Below are positions 24,542 through 38,730 of a DNA stretch of 64,000 nucleotides, one piece after another (position 1 is the stretch's first letter; every line of letters starts with the position of its first letter). The DNA is from Camelus dromedarius (Eukaryota). Location of the stretch: assembly GCF_036321535.1 (NCBI RefSeq), contig NC_087436.1:10230001-10294000 (forward strand), read 5' to 3'. The translations under genes and the position numbers were made by a program. Under the pieces are notes generated by a model. It saw only the letters and a program-made list of their open reading frames with translations. It was not told where the DNA came from and did not search any database.

Positions 24542-26169
24542 TTTTAAAAAGGCAATGCAGCCCCAAAGTAACCTCCCATCATTGATGATGTGACTACGAG
24601 GGTGAACGACGAGCATCATCGTGGGTGTCCATGGCTACGTGATGGTGTGTTAAAGCCAATTCTATGAAGCCGCACAGGCAAAGATGCTGAAACAGACATC
24701 ATCTCAATAAACAAATTTTATAACCTCACAGGTCTGGGCAAATGCTTGTTCTGCAATAGGAAAGTGATTTATCAATGAATAATGGCACAGAACATTAAAA
24801 ATGAGGCACCTTTTCCTCTGGAGAGATTTTTGATCCACTGTGACCCTGAATCAAACAGTGTTTAGGTCTATAATCTGGAAGTATTTTGAAGGGAACTGAA
24901 ATCATTCCTTGTTGAGCCTCGAGTCTTCAGGTAACTCACACCCGATGTTACTTTATATGTGCTCAGTGGGCCGGTGGGCTACTGCTGCTAGCAGACGCTG
25001 CCCACGCCTCCCGGTACCCTCGGCTCTATTCAGGGTTCACCTGCACGTGGACTGCTTCCCACTTGAGTGCTGTGTCCCTCGAGTTCTCTGCCCTGGGGCT
25101 TCCCTGGTATTACATGCTTTGCTGGGCTGCACACAGGCACCATCTGAGAGTATAGGGGAAGTTAAATTCCTGGGGACGACTCTTGGATTGGAACAAGTGG
25201 ATAAATGGACTTACTTTAAATATCTACTCCCTCCTACATTAGGTGCCTTCCTTCAGCAGATAAAAGCCCCAGCTCATCTATCCTTACAAGGGGCAGTTCC
25301 GAGGTGACTTCCAGAGTTTCTCAAAAGGTCCCAAGCGGATCATGGCTCCACATACTCTTTACTGGCTTTTCCCCCTTCTCCGTCTTACTTTGTCCAAGCC
25401 TTGTGTGCTGCCCGAGAACACCTCCCGGAAAAACTACCTGAGCCCAACGAAAACAGCATCTGTGTTCACTGGAATCTACTTGACATGCTGATTGATACAC
25501 AGTTAACCTTAGCTAGTGTCACTTTTAACTCATTTGCTCAGCCTGCATGAGTCAGGGATCTGAACCCTGGTGAGTCCTGGGAATAAGGAAACAGATGGCA
25601 TCTGACGGGGCTGCTTGTTCAGTGGAGAAGAGGTGTAAGCCAACAGGCAATCTGAGCAGTCTCATGGACCCCAATCGCCTAGTAACGGGAGTTCTGATGA
25701 AGGAAGGGCCCCTAGTGTAGGATGGAGCAGAGATTTGTAATAAGGGTCCCAGAGCAGGGGATACCCCCCCTCAAAAGGGTGGTGTGAGTTAATGCAGGGG
25801 AGAGCAGTGCAGATGCAGAAGAATGTGTAAGAGCAGAGTAGGGAGAATGTGGCTTGCTACGGGGACCACAGAAAGTCTGGTAATGGCTGGAGGGAAGGTG
25901 GTGAGTGAGACAGAAGTGATACAAACTCAGGAGAAAGGAGTAGAGGGAGGTCCTAGAGGCCATATTGAAATGTTTTGGGTTGTAGACTGAAAAAAATGGA
26001 AAATTACTCAGAGATTTTCAGCAGAAAATGGAAATGATTAAAGGTGGGCATTCAGAGCTGACTTTGGTGGCTGAAAATTGGCAGGTCCGGGGCTGACTGT
26101 CAGCAGGGAGAAGAATTAGGATTTAATACATCCAGGATACAGTGGGATCAAGAAAAGGGATCATTTAAG

Positions 26170-27640
26170 CAACACAATCCTAAGGCTGTTTTATTTTTAA
26201 ATATGATAAAAATTAATTGAAAGATCAGCTGGAAAAAGTAACATGGGAAAACATCTAGGAAAATTCTTTAATAAAAGCTTAGTGAAACTAGGGGTTAGAG
26301 TACTTTTGGCAAATATCAAAATGTAGCGTGAATCTTTAGAAATAAGAATATGCAGGTGGAAAAGACAGACCATTAAAATAGAAATCTATCTATCTACCTG
26401 TCTATCTACCTATACTTTAGTGCATAATAAAGTTACATTTCAAATCAGTGGAACAATGCTGGTTATTAAATAAATAGCATGGGGAAAAATGACTAGGGAT
26501 TTGGGAAAATGTGAAGCTTGATTCCTTCCTTAACACTTTCACTAAAGTTTAGGTAAATAAAAGATTTAAATATAGTAAAATAAACCATAGAAGTACGAGA
26601 AGGAAACATAACTGAATGTATTTATAATATCGTGGAAGGGAATCCTTTTCTTAGGATGATGTGAAACAAAACGTTCATATAAGAAAAGACAGAGGAGCAT
26701 AATTTAAAAAATGAAAACTTCTAATTTATAAAAAGAAGCACATATACTTACACACCGACATTACCCCTGACAAAACTCAAAGCCATAAATAATGTCATAT
26801 TTCATAACATATATGACAGCCAAACAGTAAATTTTCCTAGAATTCAGGGAGCCTTTACAAATCAAGAAAGAAAAGCTGATCGATCTTAGAGACAAAGGAG
26901 TGAAACAGACAGAAAGTTGACAGAGAATTCCACATTCGCAGAAGGAATTCCAAATGCCTTGTATAAAAAATGCTCAATCTCAACAACCAAAGAAGTGCAG
27001 ATTCTGTTAACAATGGGGTTGACTTTCACTTATCAGATCAGCGCATTCGAAAAAAAGACCGATAACACCCAGCAAATCTGAGGTGTGGGGACCAAGCATT
27101 GCCCTATATTGCTCAAGTAACTGCAAACCGGCACAACTTACCTGGAGGGCAATTTGGTAAACTATTAACACAGAAAATGTCTATCCTAGTCAAGTCAGAT
27201 ACTCTATTCATAGGAATCAGTTTTGCTGAAACATTTACACAACTGCCCAGAGATATGTTCACCACAACAAGAACTGTTCATAGTTTGTAACAGCAAGACA
27301 TCAGAAACAAACCAAATAAATGTTCGGTTATTTACAATGAAATACATAAGCCATTAAAAAGAATGAGATGCATGCACACCCAGAAATGCCACACCCACAT
27401 TTAAAGGATATACTTTCAAGTGAAAAGTCAAGTTTCAAAATTGTGGTATGATCTCATTTGGTCTCAAGCAGAAGTAATGCATGCTTTCATGAAGTATGTT
27501 ACCATACGGCCAGGACACATTCGGAGGAATATGCATCCAACCACTGGCACGGATGATCTTTGTAAGGCGGGACTGTGAGAAATGTTTCTTTTTCAGGTTA
27601 CCTACATCCATAATATTTGAAATCTTTGATTTTAATAAAA
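26170..27640 (+). mobile_element. Ancient L1M-type ORF2/3' remnant
   Basis: A-rich degraded L1-like sequence (taaaccatagaagtacgagaagg, aaatgctcaatctca, gagggcaatttggtaa). Confidence 0.6.
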
Positions 27641-27988
27641 GTAAGAAGAGTGTTTTAATCCCATTAATCATGGTGTGATAGACGACTACTATGAATATCA
27701 GGAATCAGGATGGGTGGCTGTTTTCCTCCAATATTTAAGTGATAAAGTCGTTGGTTATTTAGCCTCTTTGAGCCCCACTTTCCCTCCTTCAATTAAGTGT
27801 AGTCAATACAACATCTACGGAAAAGGACTGCTAGGAAGAGAACGTGCAACCGTCTATAAGACCACCGCTCTTTGAGTGTCTCAGAGTTGTAACAGAACGC
27901 TGACCTTGAAACATTAGGACCCTTTCTCTCCACAAATGACTCAGCGATATCCCCTCCTTCAGAAAGAAGACACATAACAGTCTTAGGT

Positions 27989-28187
27989 CAATGGTTCTCA
28001 ATTCTGGCTGAGAATCAGAATCACCAAGGAGGTTTTAAGGAAACAAACAAACAAACAAACAAACAAACCCCCTCCTCCTGGGCCTGATTCCAGAGCTTCT
28101 GAGGAATGAGACTCAGGGCATCGGACCTGACCGTCAGTTTTCTTAAAGCTGCCCTGGTGACTCCGTGTGCATCCGAAGAACCACTGG
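27989..28187. mobile_element. MER5-family MITE with internal (AAAC)n
   Basis: caatggttctcaa ... tcagaatcacc ... gaagaaccactg terminal inverted repeats. Confidence 0.7.
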
Positions 28188-30289
28188 CTTAGTTCAAAGA
28201 CACTACCCTATCTCCAATTTCATACTAGATTTTTTTCCCCTGAGGCCCTAGTGATAATATTCTTGGTATTTTTGCTGAGAGAGAGAAAATATTTTCTAAA
28301 TTCCCAAATCTTATCCACACAGAAGAGATCTTGGACTTCTGGTCATAGCTTCACCACAGTGGTGTAGGGAGATGAAGGGCATGAATTAAAGGAAGTGTAC
28401 AGTTTACAGGAAGAGGAATCCCAGTCTGCTCACTACGACTTCCTGCTGAGGAGCTGGACAGGGAGAGGAGGACAAGGGGATGACATTCCAGGGTCCATCC
28501 CCTCCCACCGCTGTGGGGTGAACACCGTTTGGGGAGAGGGTGGGGGCAGGGCAGGGCACGGGGTAGATTAACCAGGATATGCTTGGGGGAAAACCTACAG
28601 CCTGAAGCTCACTCTTTCCTTTCCCAGAAAGACTGCACATTCTGTCTTTCAGATCAGCTTCGGGGGGGATGGGGCCGTGCCTAACACAGCACTTACATGG
28701 CAGGTAGAGTGACTGAGGTCAATGGACCTGAGCTGGTTCCCCCCATATCCCGCCTGCTGTGGGCTGAGCACCCAGAGGTCTCGTACTTCTGGGAGTGTGG
28801 CATTGCTGGCCTGAGGAAGCAAGCAAGGGTCACCTGAGTCAAAGCTAAGGTGACTTTACAACAGAGGGCCACAGAAAAGACCACCCAGGCAAGAGGCCTG
28901 GCAATGCCAGTGAAAAGCCCAGATGGCTTGGAAGGTCAGAGCCCTGCTTGACGGGCACCAGGCCCACCAGCAGTGGTTGGCGCTGTAGCAGCAGGTAGGG
29001 CACAGAAACTCTAAATGGAAGCCCTGCCCCAGTCTATTCTGAAAATTAAAGAGAAACAAGAAGAAACACTGAATGGCTGAATGTGACGAAGTTCTGAAAG
29101 AGTAGAGGCTGAGGTCTTTTTTTAAAAAAATAATCCAACATTTCCCACACCAGCAAGAGGAAACTAAGGGGACTGTAATTACTTTCAGAGAGTCACATGA
29201 TTCCCCACACTGCATGCTGAGGGCCATGCGGGATTCCTGAGAAACTGTGTGGCGAACGTCTCCACCACTGGCTGATGACCAACATTTTTGATCTGAATTC
29301 CGCAGAGCTGTGAGAGGCATCTTCCGAAGGACAGGCCCAGTCACTTCCTTTGCCTTGTCAGAAGGCTTCAGTGGTTCCCGACTGTCTCATACATTAAATA
29401 CAAAGGGACCAGCTTAGGGGATTCTCGGGGCTTTGGGTTTTGAATCCCATCTAATTTTCCAGTCTTAACTTCAGTCAGTCCTTTTAATTCCCAGGTTCCA
29501 GCAAAAAATAGGTTATTTTTATTATCAACTCTGTCCTATACTTTTATTTCTATGCCTTTCTCTACAGCGAAAACAAAAGCAAAGGCTTGGAATATTCCTC
29601 AAGGCCCAGTTAATCTTCCCAGCTTTGTGCCAGCCATTCCCTTTGAACTCCAAGAGCCCTTTATAACGTTTCGTATGGTGTCCACCTTGCTCTAGCATTT
29701 ATTTTAGCATCTGTGTTCCTGTCTCACCATTTCCAAACTCACGATGTTCTACAGTCAGTCTTGTTTTTTGCTTCTGGACCAGATTGAGAAGAGAGGCCAC
29801 ATGTTACTCATCTGGGGAGTCTTCATAGTGTCCTGTATACAGCAGGCACCTAATAAAGAGTTGTGGGGTTGAACTGAACTTGGTAACAGCTGCATGGAGG
29901 TGAACTGAGCTTGGCCGTGGTTGGGCCCAGTTGAGCTGACCTTGGCAAATTAGGTCCTGATCGCAGTGGACAGCCACATCACGGGGAACCAAAAAGGAAG
30001 GGCCGTGCTCTCTGCAAAAGAGGCGCCTCTGCCCTGTCACAAAACACACGACCCGAGGCCTAAGTTTTATCTAGGTCTTGGGACCCTTTCCATGGACTTT
30101 GGAATTAAAAAGCACATCAAATGCAAGGTGCTTGTTCTGCTTTCTTTCAAAGACAGGGGTTTCTGTTAGGAAATGATACAGCTCTGTTGTGTACAGAAGA
30201 GTTATGTCTTTCAACAAATTTTAAGCTGGTGAGGTCTGTTTAAAAAGAAAACATGGTAAATCGAGGATGAAAATGAATTAAAATCTCTT

Positions 30290-30760
30290 AAATGCATGGC
30301 CCTACTCAGCATCAATGGATTGTTTTAATTCGCTAGTTGGTACATTATGAGAGCTTGGTCGTCTGTTCATCCCTCTAACAGGTACAAGATTGAAATGTCG
30401 TCGGGGAGGGAAAAATTGCAGTTGGCCGGATGAGCAGAATAATATGTCCTTTGAAACGAAGCATTCTTTGTAATGGGTGTTTATTTCAGATGATTACATT
30501 GTACAGCGCATCCGGATGGGAAAAACAAACAGGAGGCCAGCTGCACTAATTTGATCACAGTTATTTATATCGGCAGTCTAATTAAAGGCAGTAATTTCAA
30601 ATTAGGTTTTCTGAGAAGCCATTTACAGGCGATACAAGGCAACCCGTCTCTGTGGCACCTAGGCCATGATCGTGCTCTGAGGGCAGTGCTCACTGCTGTC
30701 AATTGGCCTCGGCATTTTGAAAATTAATTATTGTTTCGAAAGATGCTAAGTGGTTGCTCT
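30290..30760. promoter_or_regulatory. Candidate conserved intronic enhancer
   Basis: No repeat recognised; dense TAAT/ATTA, forkhead, TALE and PBX/SOX-like motifs with retained CpGs. Conservation not verified. Confidence 0.45.
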
Positions 30761-31729
30761 CTGCTGCCCTGACTGGTTCAGATGTGTTCCACAAGGAGAG
30801 CCCGATGGATAATTTATGGATGAAACAAAGAACGAGCTTGCATAATCATTTACAAATCCCTTCTCGCAGTCAGTGTTCCATCGGTAATAGCCTATGAAGA
30901 CGATTCTAGAACCTGAGATGGGAAGTGATGTTGCAGAAGCTTCTTTCTTTAAAAAAAAAAAGCCTCCATTCATTTCACCAACAGTTCGTGAATGTTACCA
31001 ATGTTCAAGAATTAAGTATTAAATGAACTATTAAACTAGCTCCAGGGAACATAAATAGGCCAAAACTGTCTGAAAGACTCTTTGGTTGTGAAATGATATT
31101 TAATGGCCAAAAAAATAAAGTAAGTTTACAGAATGTTTTTATGCAATCTCAGTGCTGGGGGACCTTTACAAAGGTGACTTGATTTAACTCCCCTATTATG
31201 ACACTATTATCTCCTTTATAACATTCTCAGCAAGGGGTCATCCAGCCCCGGCTCGGCCAGTAACAGAACTTACTGTCTCCTGAGAATGTCCCTTGCATTT
31301 CTGTAATGATCACATCTAACTGTATGTACACCCTGGTATCACACTGAAGTCAGTTTCTCCGTGGTTTCCAGCACTAATTCCAGTTTTACTCTCCAAAGCC
31401 ACACAGAATTTGCTGAAACTCTGAATCTCTCTTCTCTATCAGGGCCCTTTGTTACTTACTGATCCACCCCACCCTTGATCTCCTTATGCAAGTTTAGAGT
31501 ACACATGTGCAGTTCTATTTGTGAGTTTGGACTACACACTTGGAGCAGAGAGTAGTTAGCTTTATTGGAAACACAGGATACTGGTGATCAATCTTACAAA
31601 GGAAGATTTCAGACAAGGATTGGACTCCAATGTCAGGTTAAGTTGTGTTCTACATTATTTGATGTGTAATCAGTGAAGGTTCTGACAAGGCGATAAAGAT
31701 GATGACAACTCTTAAAAAAATTATCCTAT

Positions 31730-33100
31730 TGAAAAATGAAATCTTAAACAATTCCATTTACAATAGCACCCAAACCATAAAATACATACAAATTCAACAA
31801 TGGGAAAGAATAGGGTCACAAATACGATCAATTGATTTACATTAATTCAATGAAGAAAGGAACACCTTCCAAACAGCTGGTGCTGGAGCAAATGGGTATC
31901 CACATGGAAGAAATGACTCTCAGTCCTTAATCATCAACATATTAGATAATTACTTAAAATGATCCATTCAAAACAACAACAACAACAACAACAACAAACC
32001 TAGAACTGTGCTACCCTGAGAAGAAAATATAGGAGAAAAATGTACTGATCTAAACGTAGAAAATGATTTTCTAGATGAGACACGAAAAGTACAAATCATA
32101 AAATAAATTTCTGATAAATTAGACTTTATGTAAATTGAAAGTTTTGTTCTTAGAAAGGTATTATAAAGAAAGAGAAAATGCAAGGTGCATATTGGATAAA
32201 GAACTTGATTCCAGGATATACAAAGAATTCTTAGACTCTTAAGACTCAAAAATAGACAAACACCCAATAAAAATGGGCTAAAGATTTGAGCAACCACTGA
32301 TTAAAAAAAAAAGATATGTGAGTTTCCAATAAATATTTGAAAAGATGCTTCCAAATCATTAATCATCAGTGAAGTGCAAATTAATGTCAGTGTCACAATG
32401 ACATACTGCTACACACCCATTAGAAGGGCTACAACAACACTGTAAATCAACTAAACTTCAGTTAAAAAAAAAAACCAAAACACTGACAAGATCAAGGACT
32501 GGCAAGGATGCAAAGCACCTGGAAATATTTACACTGTTGGAGGAAATGTAAAGAGGAAACTCATCGGGCAGTTTCACATAAAGTTAAACACACCTATCAT
32601 ATGACCCAGCCATCCCACCTCCACGTGTTTACCCAAGAGAAAGGAAATCACATGTCCACTCACACTAAACTTATATATGAATGTTTATAGCAGCTTTATT
32701 CACAATAGGCCCAAACTGTAAGCAGTCCACATCTCCAGTAACAGGTGAAAGGATAAACCAGATTTGGTATCTTCATGCCCTAGAACCCTACTCAGCAATA
32801 GAAAGGAATCAACTACTGACATATGCAGTAACACTGATGAATCTCCAAATAATTATGCTGAAGGAAAGAAGCCACTTACAAGACTATATACAGAGCAGTC
32901 TCATTTATAAAACGCCACCCAATCTATAGTGACCTAAAACAGACTAGTTGTTGCTGAGGGCAGAGGTGGAAGAGGGGATGGATGGTTGGACATGAGTCTA
33001 AAGATTCTTGGGGGCTGATAGAAACGTTCTGTGTCATGGCAGGGTTTTAATGTCAAACCTCAGTGAACTGAACAATTTAAAGGGATGCAGCCTATTGATC
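31730..33100 (+). mobile_element. Old L1 (L1MB/L1MC-like) ORF2 end + 3' UTR
   Basis: caattccatttacaatagcacc, aataaaaatgggctaaagatttga, gaatgtttatagcagctttattcacaata. Confidence 0.8.
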
Positions 33101-33269
33101 TATTTGTTTGAGTTAGAACAGTCTGAATTTAGTTTACCTAGACAATATTGTGAAAAATGGATTGTGGTGGGAAAAGAGACTGGAGGTCATCGAAGCAAAG
33201 AATATGTCTCTGTTCAAGGTCAGAGACTATGAATGTTGGCTAGACAGTACAAAAAGGGGGATGACGTTA

Positions 33270-33460
33270 AAAGCTGGAAAGGGTGAAAGAAAGAGGGAAA
33301 AAGAGAAATAAAGAGAAAATTAAAAATAAGGAGGAAGAGTAAAATTGGAAATGAAGAAGAAATTGGAAAGAAAAAAGCTGAGATCAGAAAAGAAGCAAAG
33401 AAAAAGGAAAAATGAACTAAAATAATAGAAAAGAGAGATAAAGAAGAAAGCAAAAAATAT
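33270..33460 (+). repeat. A/G-rich low-complexity tract
   Basis: Strongly purine-dominated tract (gaaaaagagggaaaaagagaaataaagagaaa...). Confidence 0.8.
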
Positions 33461-33894
33461 GTAAATTTACATATACCATATGTTGTTGAGGAGGGGTCTG
33501 GGTGTCTATGGTTTTGAAAACTTTTTTCACTCCAGCCATTATTTTGCAGTTTTGTAGAAAATCATTTTTTTTAACTTAGCTATTTTGCTTAGTTATTATC
33601 CCAAACTGGATCTTCTCAGACATGAAGCATTTTAGGAACAGAATAAACAGATACGCATGAAGATTCAAATACATATCAAATCAATTGCAGGACTTTCTTA
33701 AATTTGTAACAGGGCTGCTAATTAATTTGGAGAGGGTTTAAGGAATGGTGTCAAAAAATGTTGGATAATTAAAAAAAAATACTATCTTATATCTCTATCT
33801 TTTGCTCAAGAATGACTTTAAGGTAACTCACAGAACTTAGACATATACAAACAATACACATACACTGACAATCCAATTTTAAATATGAAAAGTA

Positions 33895-35015
33895 AATGTA
33901 AGAAATTCTTTGAAGAAAACACAGAAGAGACATTCATGACATCGGTTTTGGTAATGATTTCCTGGATATGAAATGAAAAGGACAGGCAACAAAAATAAAA
34001 ATAGATAAACTGGACTACATCAAAATTAAAAATTCTGGGCATCAAAGCACACAGTGAACAGAGTGAAAAGGCAGCCTACTGAATGGGAGATGATATTTGC
34101 AAATCATATATCATATAAGGGGTTAATATACAGAATATAGAACAAATTCCTACAGCTCAACAGCAACAAAAAATAAACAGCCCATTTAAAAAATGTGCAA
34201 AAGACTTGAACAGTTATTTCTTAAAAGAAAATACACAAATAAGCACATGAAAAGATGCTCAACGTCACTAATCACTGGGGAAATGTAAGTCAACCCACAA
34301 TGAGATAGCAGTTCACACCCATTAATCAGGTTGGCCACTGTGGAAAAAGCAGAAGATAACAAGTGTTGCCGAGGACATGGAGGAACTGGAACCCTTGCAC
34401 ACTGCTGGTGTGGATATAAAACAGTACAGCTGCTATGGAAAATTGGAAACTAAAAGTAGAATTACCAACTGATGCAACAATTCCACTTCTGGGTATACAC
34501 ACAACACAACTGAAAGCAGGGTCTTGAAGATGTATTCATACACCCATGTCCACAGCAGCACTATCTAAAATAGCCACAATGTGGAAGCAACATGTGTGTC
34601 CACTGATGGACGAATGGATAAGCAAAATGTGGTTATACATACGATGGAAGATTATTTAGTCTTAAAAAGGAAGGCAACTCTGACACACTTTGCAACATGA
34701 ATGAACCTTGAGAACCTTATGCTAAGTGAAATAAGCCAGTCACAAAAATTGCATGATTCCTCTTTATGAGATACTTCTGTGTAGTCAAAGTCATTGAGAC
34801 AAAGAGGAGAATGGCGGTTGCCAGGGGATGTGGAGGAGGGGAATGTAAGGAGGAGATTAATGAGTGCATAGTTTCAGTTTTCCAAGATGAAAAGAGTTCT
34901 AGAGATTGGTTGCACAATGAGAATGTCGTTAACACTACCGAGCTTGTATATTTAAAGTTGGTTGAGATAGCGTATTTTATAATATGTATATTTTAACTAC
35001 TATTAAAAAAAAATT
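33895..35015 (+). mobile_element. L1 (L1MA/L1MB-like) ORF2 end + 3' UTR
   Basis: actggactacatcaaaattaaaa, gcacatgaaaagatgctcaac, atgctaagtgaaataagccagtcacaaaa. Confidence 0.88.
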
Positions 35016-35301
35016 TTAAATGTAAAAGAAAACGGGGCAAAGAGAAAATGAGAGCTGGGAAGATGAAATACATACCTACATACCTTTAGGCACATTGGCC
35101 AGAGCAGCAAACCCAATGTGCTTCTAGGCTTTCTAGTTCCTGATACAAAGAATCACATGGACTGTACTCACCATAAGACAAAAGACGAAATCATTCAAAG
35201 AAGCATAATTGCTGGTGCTGAGACCAAAAAGAACCTTCATCTCTGGGTGATCATTGAAGAGAAATAGTGACAAACACTTACGCTTAGTACAAATTTCTCT
35301 A

Positions 35302-35450
35302 ATGAATACAGTGATGAATTTCAAACACAGGTCCATTATTATTTCCCAATGGCATCATGTCAAAGTAAAATTCAGGAAAAGTTTGATTTTGACACTACGC
35401 CATCAGAAAATAACAATGGACATGTGTTTGAAATTCATCACTGTATTCAT
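35302..35450. repeat. 149-bp near-perfect inverted repeat (hairpin; possible MITE)
   Basis: Outer 28 bp perfectly complementary; pairing continues with scattered mismatches to a small loop near 35372-35378. Confidence 0.95.
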
Positions 35451-36859
35451 CATAAAATATTCTTAGTTCCTTCCCCAACCCCCTCTTGTTTAAAATCTTC
35501 ACTGCTTGTCTTTATCATGCTATTTGGATTGGCAGAGAATGCCACTTCAGGGGGCAGGAGAGGTGGGATAGATTTCTTTACAAAGGAAAAGTCTGAAAAG
35601 GAAAGAAACATGACCTAATAAGGAGATGCAGTAAGAGGACAGAGTGATGGACCAGGAGCTGAGAACAGCTTTAAGAGTTTTGCTGATGGGACAAAGATGA
35701 GCTGCTGTTTTAATGATGGAGGACTCAGGTATGGAGACAGGAAAGGGTCTTTAGGAATCCTCACTGAGTGTTCTCTGCCCTGATTCCAACTTCATATCCA
35801 CCACTGCCTCCAACCCACAGGCCATTCCAAGGACTTCTTTATGAACGAGTTCACTAGCACTTTCAAAATTGGAATGGCATCTCTTCTGAATGACACTTTG
35901 CGTTGAGACAGGACTAAACTGGGAGCAAGAAGGCCTTGATTTATTTCGTTTGTAGCAATGAAAAACAGCCCTGCGGGAGAGCGACATATGGGATCTTACA
36001 GGATCCCTTGCCATCTGGTTTGATTCAGGAATCAACTTTCGAGTAATTGGGCTCATTGTCTCTTAAGGCTATCCATTTTCATTAAAATCATATTACCTAC
36101 ATCAAAGACAATTTTACTTTTATATTTCAAATGCCAAAGGGGTACAGATGGGCAATAAGACAAGATAACGTACAAAAAGACTTTAAAAAGACTTTACAAT
36201 GTCAGTCTCAGTTTTCATATTTATTTTATTCTAATCTGTGTTTTTATGGTTTTAAGACAATAATCTCACTATCATGTCAACCTGTAAGTGTAGTCTCTCT
36301 GTTGTCCCTAAGTCATCTAGTCATTTTTAGCTTCTGGCAAACACAACCCATTTGCTTACTGTTATAATATGTCATTCTTTCAATTCCTACGTGTTAGTTT
36401 CTAAGTAGTGTTTTCTATAAGACACTAAAGAATATATCTTAATATCTAAGTTGTTACTTCATCAAATATGTCACTTTTTCAAGAATAAAATGATAGTTTG
36501 AGAGCATAGAAAAATCAAGTAACATCACTGTTTGGGAGAAGAAAAGAGAAGAACTAAAGTCATTACAATTCTTATAATTTAGTTGTTATGGCGAATAATA
36601 GTGTAAGGAAATGAGGGCTGCTTGCAGGAATAAAAAAGGTTTTGAAAGGAAATGAACTCTTGGGACATCAGAAATCTGGGTTTTACTGAAGGTCTCGCGA
36701 TGTATTCCTTCAAGGGTCTACGCTATGTGATTATCACATATTACACCAGGGGTAGAAACCACAAGGAAGATATTAATTCCTGAACTTTTGCAGGTTTTAA
36801 TAAACATCTTAAAGCTTACTTCAATGGAAAGCAAATATTTACATGCTAGCTGGGGAGTC

Positions 36860-37250
36860 CTGGAAGAGCACCAAAGCTGTTGCTTTTGCATGCTGATTAT
36901 TTTAAGATAAAAGCACTTGAAACACAGCAGGTACAAGAAAGGAACTCTGATCTCCTCTTTTCTTCCTGAAAGCAGGAGATAAAATTCCTGCATGATAGAT
37001 GTGGTCCCTGCACCAGGAGGGAAGAAACATTCTTACCACCAGAGATAGAGAGCTGCGGCCCAGAGATGTCACCTCAGCAAACAGACCTCGCTATGATAAA
37101 TCTTATCTATCTTGAGTCTCCTCATGTATTTTAGTTAATTTTCTACAATTGTGTATCTTTGTTCGGTCTGGTATATGAGCACTAAGGCCTGGCCACTTCT
37201 TTGGGACTTAATTTTCCTGTGAGGACTCCTATGTACATGCAAAATTTAAT
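36860..37250 (+). mobile_element. MER34-like ERV1 LTR
   Basis: gattattttaagataaaagcacttgaaacacagcag ... ttcctgaaagcaggagataaaattcc ... ggaagaaacattctt. Confidence 0.65.
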
Positions 37251-38730
37251 TCTAATTTATTCAAATTTTATTCAAGTGAAAGTTTTGTTGAGAAATATCA
37301 ACCCAATGGACATTTAGGAACCCAAAGAATCCCAAAAAGCAACTCTTAGGGTGGTCCCTCTCCCTCTCACTTTGATTTCCATTTATTTTCTTCTTTTCTC
37401 TTATTGTTCAGTTCCTCCTCTCCAGACTAATGTTGGAGATTTGTGGGACCAAGAACCAAGCTGTTTTATCTATGCTGGAATTAAGTATTACCCCACTTTC
37501 CTAATGTCTTTGGCTTGATCAGCACTGTGTACAACTGCCCAGAAGCTGCTGAATGAAGGTCACCAATGGAGACACTGTGTCCCTATTCTTATGGGAATCT
37601 CCCTCTTCTCCCCTGATCCCTCAACACTAACCCCGCCTGTTTCCCAGTGGTTGTGTTATCCAGGCCAAACTTCTGGTGTGATCACAGATCAGATCACAAA
37701 GAGTTAGCAGTCTGACTTCGTATGTGGATTAATTACTCAACGACGTTGAGCTTAAGTGCACAGGTAGGTCCTCATAATGAGTGTATGGAAGTGCTAACAG
37801 CTGTGCTCAGTTTGGCCTTTCTCTGGAGGGCAGTTTCGAGAGTTGGCTTTAGGTTTCTAGTGTCCTTCAGGAAAGAAAAATAGACAAAGTCATTGTTCTT
37901 TTTTCTTTTTTTAAAAATAAAGATAATAAAAAGCTGGCTCTCTTTTACTAATATTGAATTGCTTAAAGTCTCCCTGGCCTCTTAAGAGTCAGTGTTAAAC
38001 TTTCCTGGAGTCCTGGGTCACCTAGATTTATTTTCCCACCAAAGTGTACTGCTGTCTCTGTTTGCTTTTAAATGTGTGCTTAAGAGTCACTTCCGTTCCG
38101 GATGCGACATTATCATTTGGTTTGAAAACCACTGCCTTGCCTTCTAGCTGAGCTGACGGCATGCCAATATTTTGACTAAAGAGAGAGGTTTGCCAGATCT
38201 CTTTACAGCATTGCTTCCATAGCTGTTGTTACAACTGGCCTGAATCCTATGCTCTGAAGTAAATGGATGGTGATTCGTGGAAGTTCACGGGATATACTGT
38301 TTATCTCTCTGGCTTGCTCCTCCAGAACTCCAGATCTGCCAGTGGAGCGTTAGGTGTTATGTTTCCGTGAGTTTGTCAAAATAATCGTCCTGAAAACACC
38401 TCTGTCTCTGTAGTGACACAAGAATTATTTGACTACCATGTACAGATTTATTTAACACCATTGTTAGCCAATGAACTGAAAAGTCTTAGTTGAACAATAA
38501 GAAAAAAATATATCTTTAATGTGAGTTAAACACGAATTGAAATATTAATTGAAATAACTTACTTCTATATTTTGTTCTTCTAAAAGATGGTTTGTTGCTA
38601 AAAATGGGGGAATCAGGGCACAGGAATGAAGAAGTATGTTTAAGTGAATAATTAAGTCTCAGATACTGATTTTGAAATAATCAAGTAAAGGGGAAAATTG
38701 CTACAGATCCTTTTTTTGTAACTCCATAAG

